From NCBI GenBank assembly GCA_051362555.1, contig CM120640.1, positions 29,593,967 through 29,657,966 of the forward strand: a DNA stretch of 64,000 bases. Reading direction: 5' to 3'. Positions 39,096 to 53,152 of this stretch are shown piece by piece. The DNA is from Lingula anatina. Its lineage: Eukaryota > Animalia > Brachiopoda. The notes under the pieces were generated by a model. The model searched no databases. It had not been told where the DNA came from and saw only the letters and a list, made by a program, of their open reading frames with translations. The translations under genes and the position numbers were made by a program. Positions within the stretch are counted from its first letter, which is position 1. The number at the start of each line of letters is the position of its first letter.

Positions 39096-39496
39096 AATGG
39101 GGTGTTAGAGCTACTATAAAAGTTACTTGTGGGGGTTTTTGCAGTGTTCGCTTCGTCCTTCGTATCTTTATAACTCTCTATTAAACCATAGTCCTCCAAC
39201 TGCAGTGCAGTATTGCTTTGCATGTTAGGAACTTGTACATTACGTAGCCAAGTATACTGTAAATAGGGCTTCACCATTTTCAAATATAGTGTTGCTTCTC
39301 ATGTTGAGACATGCTGGACTGCTGAAGATATAAAATTACAATGAATGTCCTTCAAAAATTCACTTAGGATGCCAAGCTAAATTAATAATTATGAATGTTA
39401 TTTATTTATTGGTTATTCAACATACATCCCAAATGAACCCATTTTTTTTCAGTACGTGTATATAGGTGATCCAAGACATCCATGCCTAGACAACTT

Positions 39497-39498
<2 letters not shown>

Positions 39499-39535
<37 letters not shown>

Positions 39536-40250
39536 TTTATTGAGCACTAAATGGTATGAATACATTTGCAGGCTCACTAGAATACATTATTTATACAATA
39601 TATAAAGGATATACATTTATATATGTTTACATATGTATTATGCTTAAATTACACGTGTTAAAGCATGTTATGCTATAAGGTTAATTAATTAGTTAAGCTA
39701 TTCACAGCATTATCAACAATTAGTGGCTGTGATGTACTAAATTGTAGGTGAACTATGTATTTTAACAGCAGTTTTTACAAATTCTGCTATTACTTTGAGG
39801 CTTTTTTCACAGGGTGGATTCAGGAGAATTGACAATATCTGATCACTGTCCTCTAGACCCACCACACTGATTTTCAATAGCGCATCATGCATTCGTTGCC
39901 TTTCAACAGTGTATCTTGTACATTCCTTGAGGAAGTGTTTTTCATCCTCTACACAGTTGCAGGTTTTACATTTTCTCTCATCAAGAGGAGTTTTAGGGTT
40001 TGTGTATCGGCCCCTTTCTAATGCTAGGTCGTGGTCACTTAGTCTAATTTTTGCCAGTGTTTTGATATCTAAGGAGGAGACACTCATTTTGATGTAATTT
40101 TCACATTCATAAGATTTTTTAATAGTTTTGTATGTCCTCAATTTGTTTGAGGTCCAGCTATTTAATTCCTGCCAAAAGAGTTTTTCGATTTTTAAGTTTA
40201 ATTTTTCTACTAGGTTTTCTGTTTGATGTATTTTCTTTGGTGGATTGCTA
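39499..40250 (-). mobile_element. 5'-truncated non-LTR retrotransposon: ORF2 C-terminus with (TTA)n tail
   Basis: KLRTYKTIK..ENYI..LAKIRLSDHDLALERGRY..P..ERKCKTCNCVEDEKHFLKECTRY. The minus strand has AATAAAG followed by about 12 TTA units. Confidence 0.88.
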
Positions 40251-41215
40251 GAGGATTATGCCTCACTGACTGCTCCACTATTAGAACTGACCAAGCCTGA
40301 TGTGAAATTCCGTTGGTGAGATGAGGAAGAAAAAGCCTTCGGGAAATTAAAAGAAACTATCACCAGCAGCAAAACAATGGCCTTCTTTGAACCAGGCAAA
40401 CTAATAATACTGAGAACAGAAGCCAGTTTAAACGAAGGGTTGTCAGCAGGACTGTTCCAAGAAATGGACAAAGCAAAGCAGAGCACTGACAGATACAGAG
40501 AAGAAATATTCACAGACGGAAAAAGATGGGCAAAGTACAGGATGAGAATATACCTACAGGGTGCTCCAAAGGTCAATATTATCACAGCACACAAACCATA
40601 AGTATCCACCCAGGTTTAACAAAGCACAAGCAAAATTACCATCCAGAATACAGAAATGGGTGATGGACTTCCAAGGTGTTGACCATGATGTGGTATATGA
40701 GCCAGGAAAGAATGATGCAGACCTTCTTGATTATCTCTCCAGACAGCCACAGCCACAAACGGGTGGTGATAGTACAGAGAGGATGATCAGATGGATGGTA
40801 AAATCTGAAAATGCAGTGATTCTCAAAGAGATAGCAGAAAAAAACCTCACTGACCCAACACTAATCAAACTTGGAGGGAGAATCTCAACAAGAGATTGGA
40901 ATCTATACAGAAAAGATGAGGAGATTGAACCATACTGGCACATGAGAGAAGAATTTAGTATTATTGAAGGACTCATTTACAGAAATGACAGGATTCTAGT
41001 TCCAGAGAAACTTCAGAGAAAAGTTATCCAACTTGGACATCAAGGTAAAACAAAGACCAAGAGAATGATGTGAAGCAAATACAGAAAATTCAGTTGATGA
41101 GATGCCACAGCAAGTGAAACAGTGATCATATTGAAGAACCAATTTACACCAGACCAAAGAGAACAATCAGACAACCAGCTTACTTAAAAGATTATCTATT
41201 AAAGAGACAGTTCAA
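40251..41215 (+). pseudogene. Ty3/Gypsy LTR-retrotransposon pol relic (RT connection, RNase H, start of integrase, deleted core, pol C-terminus)
   Basis: YASLTAPLLELTKPDVKFRW*..EKAFGKLK..SSKTMAFFEP..TEAS..GL, IITAHKP, RIQKWVMDFQ..VVYEPGK..DYLSR and EEFSIIEGLIYRNDRILVPEKLQRKVIQLGHQGKTKTK. It then jumps to RPKRTIRQPAYLKDY and carries stops and frameshifts. Confidence 0.92.
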
Positions 41216-44200
41216 TCAGTTATATATAATCAGGATGAAGGAGGATCGCTGTCCTGAAAAAAAAAAAAACGGAGATATTTTATATTTACTCAGGATGAAG
41301 GCGGATCGCTGTAATAAAGAAAAGTAATCTGAAATAATTTGTATGTAATCAGGATGAAGGCGGATCGCTGTCCTGAAAAAAAAGTAATCTGAGATATTTT
41401 ATATTTACTCAGGATGAAGGCGGATCGCTGTCCTGAAAGAAAAATAATCTGAGTGAATTTGTATGTACTCAGGATGAAGGCGGATCGCTGTCCTGAAATA
41501 AAAATAATCTCAGATATTTATATGTAATCAGGATGAAGGCGGATCGCTGTCCTGAAAAAAGTGATATGACATATTTACTCAGGATGTAGGCGGATCGCTG
41601 TCCTGAAAGAAAAAATAATCTCAGATATTTATATGTAATCAGGATGAAGGCGGATCGCTGTCCTGAAAAAAGTGATATGAGATATTTTATATTTACTCAG
41701 GATGAAGGCGGATCGCTGTCCTGAAAGAAAAGTAATCTGAGAAAATTTGTATGTACTCAGGATGAAGGTGGATCGCTGTCCTGAAAGAAAAATAATTTCA
41801 GATATTTATATGTAATCAGGATGAAGGCGGATCACTGTCCTGAAAAAAGTGATATGAGATATTTTATATTTACTCAGGATGAAGGCGGATCGCTGTCCTG
41901 AAAAAAGTGATATGAGGTATTTTATATTTACTCAGGATGAAGGCGGATCACTGTCCTGAAAGAAAAGTAATCTGAGAAAATTTGTATGTACTCAGGATGA
42001 AGGCGGATCGCTGTCCTGAAAGAAAAATAATCTCAGATATTTATATGTAATCAGGATGAAGGCGGATCGCTGTCCTGAAGAAAAAGTAATCTGAAATAAT
42101 TTGTATGTAATCAGGATGAAGGCGGATTGCTGTACTAAAAGAAATATAACCTTAGATATTTATATGTAATCAGGATGAAGGCGGATCGCTGTCCTGAAAG
42201 AAAAGTAATCTGAAATAATTTGTATGTAATCAGGATGAAGGTGGATCGCTGTCCTGAAAAAAGTGATATGAGATATTTTATATTTCCTCAGGATGAAGGC
42301 GGATCGCTGTCCTGAAAGAAAATAATCTCAGATATTTATATGTAATCAGGATGAAGGCGGATCGCTGTCCTGAAAAAAAGTGATATGAGATATTTTATAT
42401 TTACTCAGGATGAAGGCGGATCACTGTCCTGAAAGAAAAGTAATCTGAGATATTTATATGTAATCAGGATGAAGGCGGATCGCTGTCCTGAAAGAAAAGT
42501 AATCTAGCTGAAATAATTTGTATGTACTCAGGATGAAGGCGGATCGCTGTCCTGAAGGAAAAATAATCTCAGACATTTATATGTAATAAGGATGAAGGCT
42601 GATCACTGTCTTGAGGAGAAAAAATTATCTGAAAAGAAATTCAGAGAAAAGTTATCCGACTTGGTCAAAGACCAAGAGAATGATGTGAAGCAAATACAGA
42701 AAATTCAGTTGATAACATGCCACAGCAAGTGAAACAGTGATCATATTGAAGAACCAATTTCCACCAGACCAAAGAGAACAATCAGACAACCAGCTTACTT
42801 AAAAGATTATCTATTAAAGAGACAGTTCAATCAGGATGAAGGTGGATCGCTGTCTTGAAAAAAAAAAATAATCTGAGATATTTTATATTTATTCAGGATG
42901 AAGGCGGATCGCTGTCCTGAAAAAAAAGTAATCTGAGATATTTTATATTTACTCAGGATGAAGGCGGATCGCTGTCCTGAAAGAAAAATAATCTGAGTGA
43001 ATTTGTATGTACTCAGGATGAAGGCGGATCGCTGTCCTGAAATAAAAATAATCTCAGATATTTATATGTAATCAGGATGAAGGCGGATCGCTGTCCTGAA
43101 AAAAGTGATATGACATATTTACTCAGGATGTAGGCGGATCGCTGTCCTGAAAGAAAAAATAATCTCAGATATTTATATGTAATCAGGATGAAGGCGGATC
43201 GCTGTCCTGAAAAAAGTGATATGAGATATTTTATATTTACTCAGGATGAAGGCGGATCGCTGTCCTGAAAGAAAAGTAATCTGAGAAAATTTGTATGTAC
43301 TCAGGATGAAGGTGGATCGCTGTCCTGAAAGAAAAATAATTTCAGATATTTATATGTAATCAGGATGAAGGCGGATCACTGTCCTGAAAAAAGTGATATG
43401 AGATATTTTATATTTACTCAGGATGAAGGCGGATCGCTGTCCTGAAAAAAGTGATATGAGGTATTTTATATTTACTCAGGATGAAGGCGGATCACTGTCC
43501 TGAAAGAAAAGTAATCTGAGAAAATTTGTATGTACTCAGGATGAAGGCGGATCGCTGTCCTGAAAGAAAAATAATCTCAGATATTTATATGTAATCAGGA
43601 TGAAGGCGGATCGCTGTCCTGAAGAAAAAGTAATCTGAAATAATTTGTATGTAATCAGGATGAAGGCGGATTGCTGTACTAAAAGAAATATAACCTTAGA
43701 TATTTATATGTAATCAGGATGAAGGCGGATCGCTGTCCTGAAAGAAAAGTAATCTGAAATAATTTGTATGTAATCAGGATGAAGGTGGATCGCTGTCCTG
43801 AAAAAAGTGATATGAGATATTTTATATTTCCTCAGGATGAAGGCGGATCGCTGTCCTGAAAGAAAATAATCTCAGATATTTATATGTAATCAGGATGAAG
43901 GCGGATCGCTGTCCTGAAAAAAAGTGATATGAGATATTTTATATTTACTCAGGATGAAGGCGGATCACTGTCCTGAAAGAAAAGTAATCTGAGATATTTA
44001 TATGTAATCAGGATGAAGGCGGATCGCTGTCCTGAAAGAAAAGTAATCTAGCTGAAATAATTTGTATGTACTCAGGATGAAGGCGGATCGCTGTCCTGAA
44101 GGAAAAATAATCTCAGACATTTATATGTAATAAGGATGAAGGCTGATCACTGTCTTGAGGAGAAAAAATTATCTGAAAAGAAATTCAGAGAAAAGTTATC

Positions 44201-47200
44201 CGACTTGGTCAAAGACCAAGAGAATGATGTGAAGCAAATACAGAAAATTCAGTTGATAACATGCCACAGCAAGTGAAACAGTGATCATATTGAAGAACCA
44301 ATTTCCACCAGACCAAAGAGAACAATCAGACAACCAGCTTACTTAAAAGATTATCTATTAAAGAGACAGTTCAATCAGGATGAAGGTGGATCGCTGTCTT
44401 GAAAAAAAAAAATAATCTGAGATATTTTATATTTATTCAGGATGAAGGCGGATCGCTGTCCTGAAAAAAATGACATGAGATATTTTATATTTACTTAGGA
44501 TGAAGGCGGATCGCTGTCCTGAAAGAAAAGTAATCTGAGAAAATTTGTATGTACTCAGGATGAAGGCGGATCGCTGTCCTGAAAGAAAAGTAATCTCAGA
44601 AAATTTGTATGTACTCAGGATGAAGGCAGATCGCTGTCCTGAAAAAAGTGATATGAGATATTTTATATTTACTCAGGATGAAGGCGGATCACTGTCCTGA
44701 AAGAAAAATGATCTCAGATATTTATATGTAATCAGGATGAAGGCGGATCGCTGTCCTGAAAGAAAAATAATCTCAGATATTTATATGTAATCAGGATGAA
44801 GGCGGATCACTGTCCTGAAAGAAAAATGATCTCAGATATTTATATGTAATCAGGATGAAGGCGGATCGCTGTCCTGAAAGAAAAGTAATCTCAGAAAATT
44901 TGTATGTACTCAGGATGAAGGCAGATCGCTGTCCTGAAAAAAGTGATATGAGATATTTTATATTTACTCAGGATGAAGGCGGATCACTGTCCTGAAAGAA
45001 AAATGATCTCAGATATTTATATGTAATCAGGATGAAGGCGGATCGCTGTCCTGAAAGAAAAATGATCTCAGATATTTATATGTAATCAGGATGAAGGCGG
45101 ATCGCTGTCCTGAAAAAAGTGATATGAGATATTTTATATTTACTCAGGATGAAGGCGGATCACTGTCCTGAAAGAAAAATAATCTCAGATATTTATATGT
45201 AATCAGGATGAAGGCGGATTGCTGTCTTGAGGAGAAAAAAATAATCTGAGAAGAAATTCAGAGAAAAGTTATCCGACTTGGTCACAAAGTTGGACATCTA
45301 GGGAAAACAAAGACCAAGAGAATGATGTGAAGCAAATACAGAAAATTCAGTTGATAACATGCCACAGCAAGTGAAACAGTGATCATATTGAAGAACCAAC
45401 TTCCACCAGACCAAAGAGAACAATCAGACAACCAGCTTACTTAAAAGATTTTCTATTAAAGAGACAGTTCAATCAGGATGAAGGTGGATCGCTGTCCTGA
45501 AAGAAAAGTAATCTGAAATAATTTGTATGTAATCAGGATGAAGGCGGATTGCTGTACTAAAAGAAATATAACCTTAGATATTTATATGTAATCAGGACGA
45601 AGGCGGATCGCTGTCCTGAAAAAAATGACATGAGATATTTTATATTTACTTATGATGAAGGCGGATTGCTGTCCTGTAAGAAAAGTTATCTGAGAAAATT
45701 TGTATGTACTCAGGATGAAGGCGGATCGCTGTCCTGAAAGAAAAATAATCTCAGATATTTATATGTAATCAGGATGAAGGCGGATCGCTGTCCTGAAAAA
45801 AGTGATATAAGATATTTTATATTTACTCAGGATGAAGGCGGATCGCTGTCCTGAAAGAAAAGTAATCTGAGATATTTATATGTAATCAGGATGAAGGCGG
45901 ATTACTGTCCTGAAAGAAAAGTAATCTGAAATAATTTGTATGTACTCAGGATGAAGGGGGATCGCTGTCCTGAAAGAATAGTTATCTGAAATAATTTGTA
46001 TGTAATCAGGATGAAGGCGGATCGCTGTCCTGAAAAAAGTGATATGAGATATTTTATATTTCCTCAGGATGAAGGCGGATCTCTGTCCTGAAAGAAAAAT
46101 AATCTCAGATATTTATATGTAATCAGGATAAAGGCGGATCGCTGTCCTGAAAGGAAAGTAATCTGAAATAATTTGTATGTACTCAGGATGAAGGCGGATC
46201 GCTGTCCTGAAAAAAGTGATATGAGATATTTTATATTTACTCAGGATGAAGGCGGATCACTGTCCTGAAAGAAAAGTAATCTGAGATATTTATATGTAAT
46301 CAGGATGAAGGCGGATCGCTGTCCTGAAAGAAAAGTAATCTGAAATAATTTGTATGTACTCAGGATGAAGGCGGATCGCTGTCCTGAAGGAAAAATAATC
46401 TCAGATATTTATATGTAATAAGGATGAAGGCTGATTGCTGTCTTGAGGAGAAAAAATAATCGGAAAAGAAATTCAGAGAAAAGTAATTTGACTTGGTCAC
46501 AAAGTTGGACTTCTAGGGAAAACAAAGACCAAGAGAATGATGTGAAGCAAATATAGAAAATTCAGTCGGTGAGATGCCACAGCAAGTGAAACAGTGATCA
46601 TATTGAAGAACCAATTTCCACCAGACCAAAGAGAACAATCAGACAACCAGCTTACTTAAAAGATTATCTATTAAAGAGACAGTTCAATCAGGATGAAGGT
46701 GGATCGCTGTCTGAAAAAAAAAATAATCTGAGATATTTTATATTTATTCAGGATGAAGGCGGATCGCTGTCCTGAAAAAAATGACATGAGATATTTTATA
46801 TTTACTTGGCATGAAGGCGGATCGCTGTCCTGAAAGAAAAGTAATCTGAGAAAATTTGTATGTACTCAGGATGAAGGCGGATCGCTGTCCTGAAAGAAAA
46901 ATAATCTCAGATATTTATATGTAATCAGGATGAAGGCGGATCGCTGTCCTGAAGAAAAAGTAATCTGAAATAATTTGTATGTAATCAGGATAAAGGCGGA
47001 TTGCTGTACTAAAAGAAATATAACCTTAGATATTGATATGTAATCAGGATGAAGGCGGATCGCTGTCCTGAAAGAAAAGTAATCTGAAATAATTTGTATG
47101 TACTCAGGATGAAGGTGGATCGCTGTTCTGAAAGAATAGTTATCTGAAATAATTTGTATGTAATCAGGATGAAGGCGGATCGCTGTCCTGAAAAAAAGTG

Positions 47201-50200
47201 ATATGAGATATTTTATATTTACTCAGGATGAAGGCGGATCACTGTCCTGAAAGAAAAGTAATCTGAGATATTTATATGTAATCAGGATGAAGGCGGATCG
47301 CTGTCCTGAAAGAAAAGTAATCTAGCTGAAATAATTTGTATGTACTCAGGATGAAGGCGGATCGCTGTCCTGAAGGAAAAATAATCTCAGACATTTATAT
47401 GTAATAAGGATGAAGGCTGATCACTGTCTTGAGGAGAAAAAATTATCTGAAAAGAAATTCAGAGAAAAGTTATCCAACTTGGTCAAAGACCAAGAGAATG
47501 ATGTGAAGCAAATATAGAAAATTCAGTCGGTGAGATGCCACAGCAAGTGAAACAGTGATCATATTGAAGAACCAATTTCCACCAGACCAAAGAGAACAAT
47601 CAGACAACCAGCTTACTTAAAAGATTATCTATTAAAGAGACAGTTCAATCAGGATGAAGGTGGATCGCTGTCTTGAAAAAAAAAATAATCTGAGATATTT
47701 TATATTTATTCAGGATGAAGGCGGATCGCTGTCCTGAAAAAAATGACATGAGATATTTTATATTTACTTAGGATGAAGGCGGATCGCTGTCCTGAAAGAA
47801 AAGTAATCTGAGAAAATTTGTATGTACTCAGGATGAAGGCGGATCGCTGTCCTGAAAGAAAAATAATCTCAGATATTTATATGTAATCAGGATGAAGGCG
47901 GATCGCTGTCCTGAAGAAAAAGTAATCTGAAATAATTTGTATGTAATCAGGATGAAGGCGGATTGCTGTACTAAAAGAAATATAACCTTAGATATTTATA
48001 TGTAATCAGGATGAAGGCGGATCGCTGTCCTGAAAGAAAAGTAATCTGAAATAATTTGTATGTACTCAGGATGAAGGCGGATCGCTGTTCTGAAAGAATA
48101 GTTATCTGAAATAATTTGTATGTAATCAGGATGAAGGCGGATCGCTGTCCTGAAAAAAGTGATATGAGATATTTTATATTTCCTCAGGATGAAGGCGGAT
48201 CTCTGTCCTGAAAGAAAAATAATCTCAGATATTTATATGTAATCAGGATAAAGGCGGATCGCTGTCCTGAAAGGAAAGTAATCTGAAATAATTTGTATGT
48301 ACTCAGGATGAAGGCAGATCGCTGTCCTGAAAAAAGTGATATGAGATATTTCATATTTACTCAGGATGAAGGCGGATCACTGTCCTGAAAGAAAAGTAAT
48401 CTGAGATATTTATATATACTCAGGATGAAGGCGGATCGCTGTCCTGAAGGAAAAATAATCTCAAATATTTATATGTAATAAGGATGAAGGCTGATTGCTG
48501 TCTTGAGGAGAAAAAATAATCGGAAAAGAAATTCAGAGAAAAGTAATCTGACTTGGTCACAAAGTTGGACTTCTAGGGAAAACAAAGACCAAGAGAATGA
48601 TGTGAAGCAAATATAGAAAATTCAGTCGGTGAGATGCCACAGCAAGTGAAACAGTGATCATATTGAAGAACCAATTTCCACCAGACCAAAGAGAACAATC
48701 AGACAACCAGCTTACTTAAAAGATTATCTATTAAAGAGACAGTTCAATCAGGATGAAGGTGGATCGCTGTCTGAAAAAAAAAATAATCTGAGATATTTTA
48801 TATTTATTCAGGATGAAGGCGGATCGCTGTCCTGAAAAAAATGACATGAGATATTTTATATTTACTTGGCATGAAGGCGGATCGCTGTCCTGAAAGAAAA
48901 GTAATCTGAGAAAATTTGTATGTACTCAGGATGAAGGCGGATCGCTGTCCTGAAAGAAAAATAATCTCAGATATTTATATGTAATCAGGATGAAGGCGGA
49001 TCGCTGTCCTGAAGAAAAAGTAATCTGAAATAATTTGTATGTAATCAGGATAAAGGCGGATTGCTGTACTTAAAGAAATATAACCTTAGATATTTATATG
49101 TAATCAGGATGAAGGTGGATCGCTGTCCTGAAAGAAAAGTAATCTGAAATAATTTGTATGTACTCAGGATGAAGGCGGATCCCTGTTCTGAAAGAATAGT
49201 TATCTGAAATAATTTGTATGTAATCAGGATGAAGGCGGATCGCTGTCCTGAAAAAAAGTGATATGAGATATTTTATATTTACTCAGGATGAAGGCGGATC
49301 ACTGTCCTGAAAGAAAAGTAATCTGAGATATTTATATGTAATCAGGATGAAGGCGGATCGCTGTCCTGAAAGAAAAGTAATCTAGCTGAAATAATTTGTA
49401 TGTACTCAGGATGAAGGCCGATCGCTGTCCTGAAGGAAAAATAATCTCAGACATTTATATGTAATAAGGATGAAGGCTGATCACTGTCTTGAGGAGAAAA
49501 AATTATCTGAAAAGAAATTCAGAGAAAAGTTATCCAACTTGGTCAAAGACCAAGAGAATGATGTGAAGCAAATATAGAAAATTCAGTCGGTGAGATGCCA
49601 CAGCAAGTGAAACAGTGATCATATTGAAGAACCAATTTCCACCAGACCAAAGAGAACAATCAGACAACCAGCTTACTTAAAAGATTATCTATTAAAGAGA
49701 CAGTTCAATCAGGATGAAGGTGGATCGCTGTCTTGAAAAAAAAAATAATCTGAGATATTTTATATTTATTCAGGATGAAGGCGGATCGCTGTCCTGAAAA
49801 AAATGACATGAGATATTTTATATTTACTTAGGATGAAGGCGGATCGCTGTCCTGAAAGAAAAGTAATCTGAGAAAATTTGTATGTACTCAGGATGAAGGC
49901 GGATCGCTGTCCTGAAAGAAAAGTAATCTCAGAAAATTTGTATGTACTCAGAATGAAGGCAGATCGCTGTCCTGAAAAAAGTGATATGAGATATTTTATA
50001 TTTACTCAGGATGAAGGCGGATCACTGTCCTGAAAGAAAAATGATCTCAGATATTTATATGTAATCAGGATGAAGGCAGATCGCTGTCCTGAAAGAAAAA
50101 TAATCTCAGATATTTATATGTAATCAGGATGAAGGCGGATCGCTGTCCTGAAAGAAAAATGATCTCAGATATTTATATGTAATCAGGATGAAGGCGGATC

Positions 50201-53152
50201 GCTGTCCTGAAAGAAAAGTAATCTCAGAAAATTTGTATGTACTCAGGATGAAGGCAGATCGCTGTCCTGAAAAAAGTGATACGAGATATTTTATATTTAC
50301 TCAGGATGAAGGCGGATCACTGTCCTGAAAGAAAAATGATCTCAGATATTTATATGTAATCAGGATGAAGGCGGATCGCTGTCCTGAAAGAAAAATGATC
50401 TCAGATATTTATATGTAATCAGGATGAAGGCGGATCGCTGTCCTGAAAAAAGTGATATGAGATATTTTATATTTACTCAGGATGAAGGCGGATCACTGTC
50501 CTGAAAGAAAAATAATCTCAGATATTTATATGTAATCAGGATGAAGGCAGATTGCTGTCTTGAGGAGAAAAAAATAATCTGAGAAGAAATTCAGAGAAAA
50601 GTTATCCGACTTGGTCACAAAGTTGGACATCTAGGGAAAACAAAGACCAAGAGAATGATGTGAAGCAAATACAGAAAATTCAGTTGATAACATGCCACAG
50701 CAAGTGAAACAGTGATCAGGAAGAACCAATTTACACCAGACCAAAGAGAACAATCAGACAACCAGCTTACTTAAAAGATTTTCTATTAAAGAGACAGTTC
50801 AATCAGGATGAAGGTGGATCGCTGTCCTGAAAGAAAAGTAATCTGAAATAATTTGTATGTAATCAGGATGAAGGCGGATTGCTGTACTAAAAGAAATATA
50901 ACCTTAGATATTTATATGTAATCAGGATGAAGGCAGATCGCTGTCCTGAAAAAAATGACATGAGATATTTTATATTTACTTAGGATGAAGGCGGATCGCT
51001 GTCCTGTAAGAAAAGTTATCTGAGAAAATTTGTATGTACTCAGGATGAAGGCGGATCGCTGTCCTGAAAGAAAAATAATGTCAGATATTTATATGTAATC
51101 AGGATGAAGGCGGATCGCTGTCCTGAAAAAAGTGATATAAGATATTTTATATTTACTCAGGATGAAGGCGGATCGCTGTCCTGAAAGAAAAGTAATCTGA
51201 GATATTTATATGTAATCAGGATGAAGGCGGATTGCTGTCCTGAAAGAAAAGTAATCTGAAATAATTTGTATGTAATCAGGATGAAGGCGGATCGCTGTCC
51301 TGAAAAAAGTGATATGAGATATTTTATATTTCCTCAGGATGAAGGCGGATCTCTGTCCTGAAAGAAAAATAATCTCAGATATTTATATGTAATCAGGATA
51401 AAGGCGGATCGCTGTCCTGAAAGGAAAGTAATCTGAAATAATTTGTATGTACTCAGGATGAAGGCGGATCGCTGTCCTGAAAAAAGTGATATGAGATATT
51501 TTATATTTACTCAGGATGAAGGCGGATCACTGTCCTGAAAGAAAAGTAATCTGAGATATTTATATGTAATCAGGATGAAGGCGGATCGCTGTCCTGAAAG
51601 AAAAGTAATCTGAAATAATTTGTATGTACTCAGGATGAAGGCGGATCGCTGTCCTGAAGGAAAAATAATCTCAGATATTTATATGTAATAAGGATGAAGG
51701 CTGATCGCTGTCTTGAGGAGAAAAAATAATCGGAAAAGAAATTCAGAGAAAAGTAATCCGACTTGGTCACAAAGTTGGACTTCTAGGGAAAACAAAGACC
51801 AAGAGAATGATGTGAAGCAAATATAGAAAATTCAGTCGGTGAGATGCCACAGCAAGTGAAACAGTGATCATATTGAAGAACCAATTTCCACCAGACCAAA
51901 GAGAACAATCAGACAACCAGCTTACTTAAAAGATTATCTATTAAAGAGACAGTTCAATCAGGATGAAGGTGGATCGCTGTCTTGAAAAAAAAATAATCTG
52001 AGATATTTTATATTTATTCAGGATGAAGGCGGATCGCTGTCCTGAAAAAAATGACATGAGATATTTTATATTTACTTAGCATGAAGGCGGATCGCTGTCC
52101 TGAAAGAAAAGTAATCTGAGAAAATTTGTATGTACTCAGGATGAAGGCGGATCGCTGTCCTGAAAGAAAAATAATCTCAGATATTTATATGTAATCAGGA
52201 TGAAGGCGGATCGCTGTCCTGAAGAAAAAGTAATCTGAAATAATTTGTATGTAATCAGGATGAAGGCGGATTGCTGTACTAAAAGAAATATAACCTTAGA
52301 TATTTATATGTAATCAGGATGAAGGCGGATCGCTGTCCTGAAAGAAAAGTAATCTGAAATAATTTGTATGTACTCAGGATGAAGGCGGATCGCTGTTCTG
52401 AAAGAATAGTTATCTGAAATAATTTGTATGTAATTAGGATGAAGGCGGATCGCTGTCCTGAAAAAAGTGATATGAGATATTTTATATTTCCTCAGGATGA
52501 AGGCGGATCGCTGTCCTGAAAGAAAATAATCTCAGATATTTATATGTAATCAGGATGAAGGCGGATCGCTGTCCTGAAAAAAAGTGATATGAGATATTTT
52601 ATATTTACTCAGGATGAAGGCGGATCACTGTCCTGAAAGAAAAGTAATCTGAGATATTTATATGTAATCAGGATGAAGGCGGATCGCTGTCCTGAAAGAA
52701 AAGTAATCTAGCTGAAATAATTTGTATGTACTCAGGATGAAGGCGGATCGCTGTCCTGAAGGAAAAATAATCTCAGACATTTATATGTAATAAGGATGAA
52801 GGCTGATCACTGTCTTGAGGAGAAAAAATAATCTGAAAAGAAATTCAGAGAAAAGTTATCCGACTTGGTCAAAGACCAAGAGAATGATGTGAAGCAAATA
52901 TAGAAAATTCAGTCGGTGAGATGCCACAGCAAGTGAAACAGTGATCTTATTGAAGAACCAATTTCCACCAGACCAAAGAGAACAATCAGACAACCAGCTT
53001 ACTTAAAATATTATCTATTAAAGAGACAGTTCAATCAGGATGAAGGTGGATCACTGTCTTGAAAAAAAAAATAATCTGAGATATTTTATATTTATTCAGG
53101 ATGAAGGCGGATCGCTGTCCTGAAAAAAATGACATGAGATATTTTATATTTA

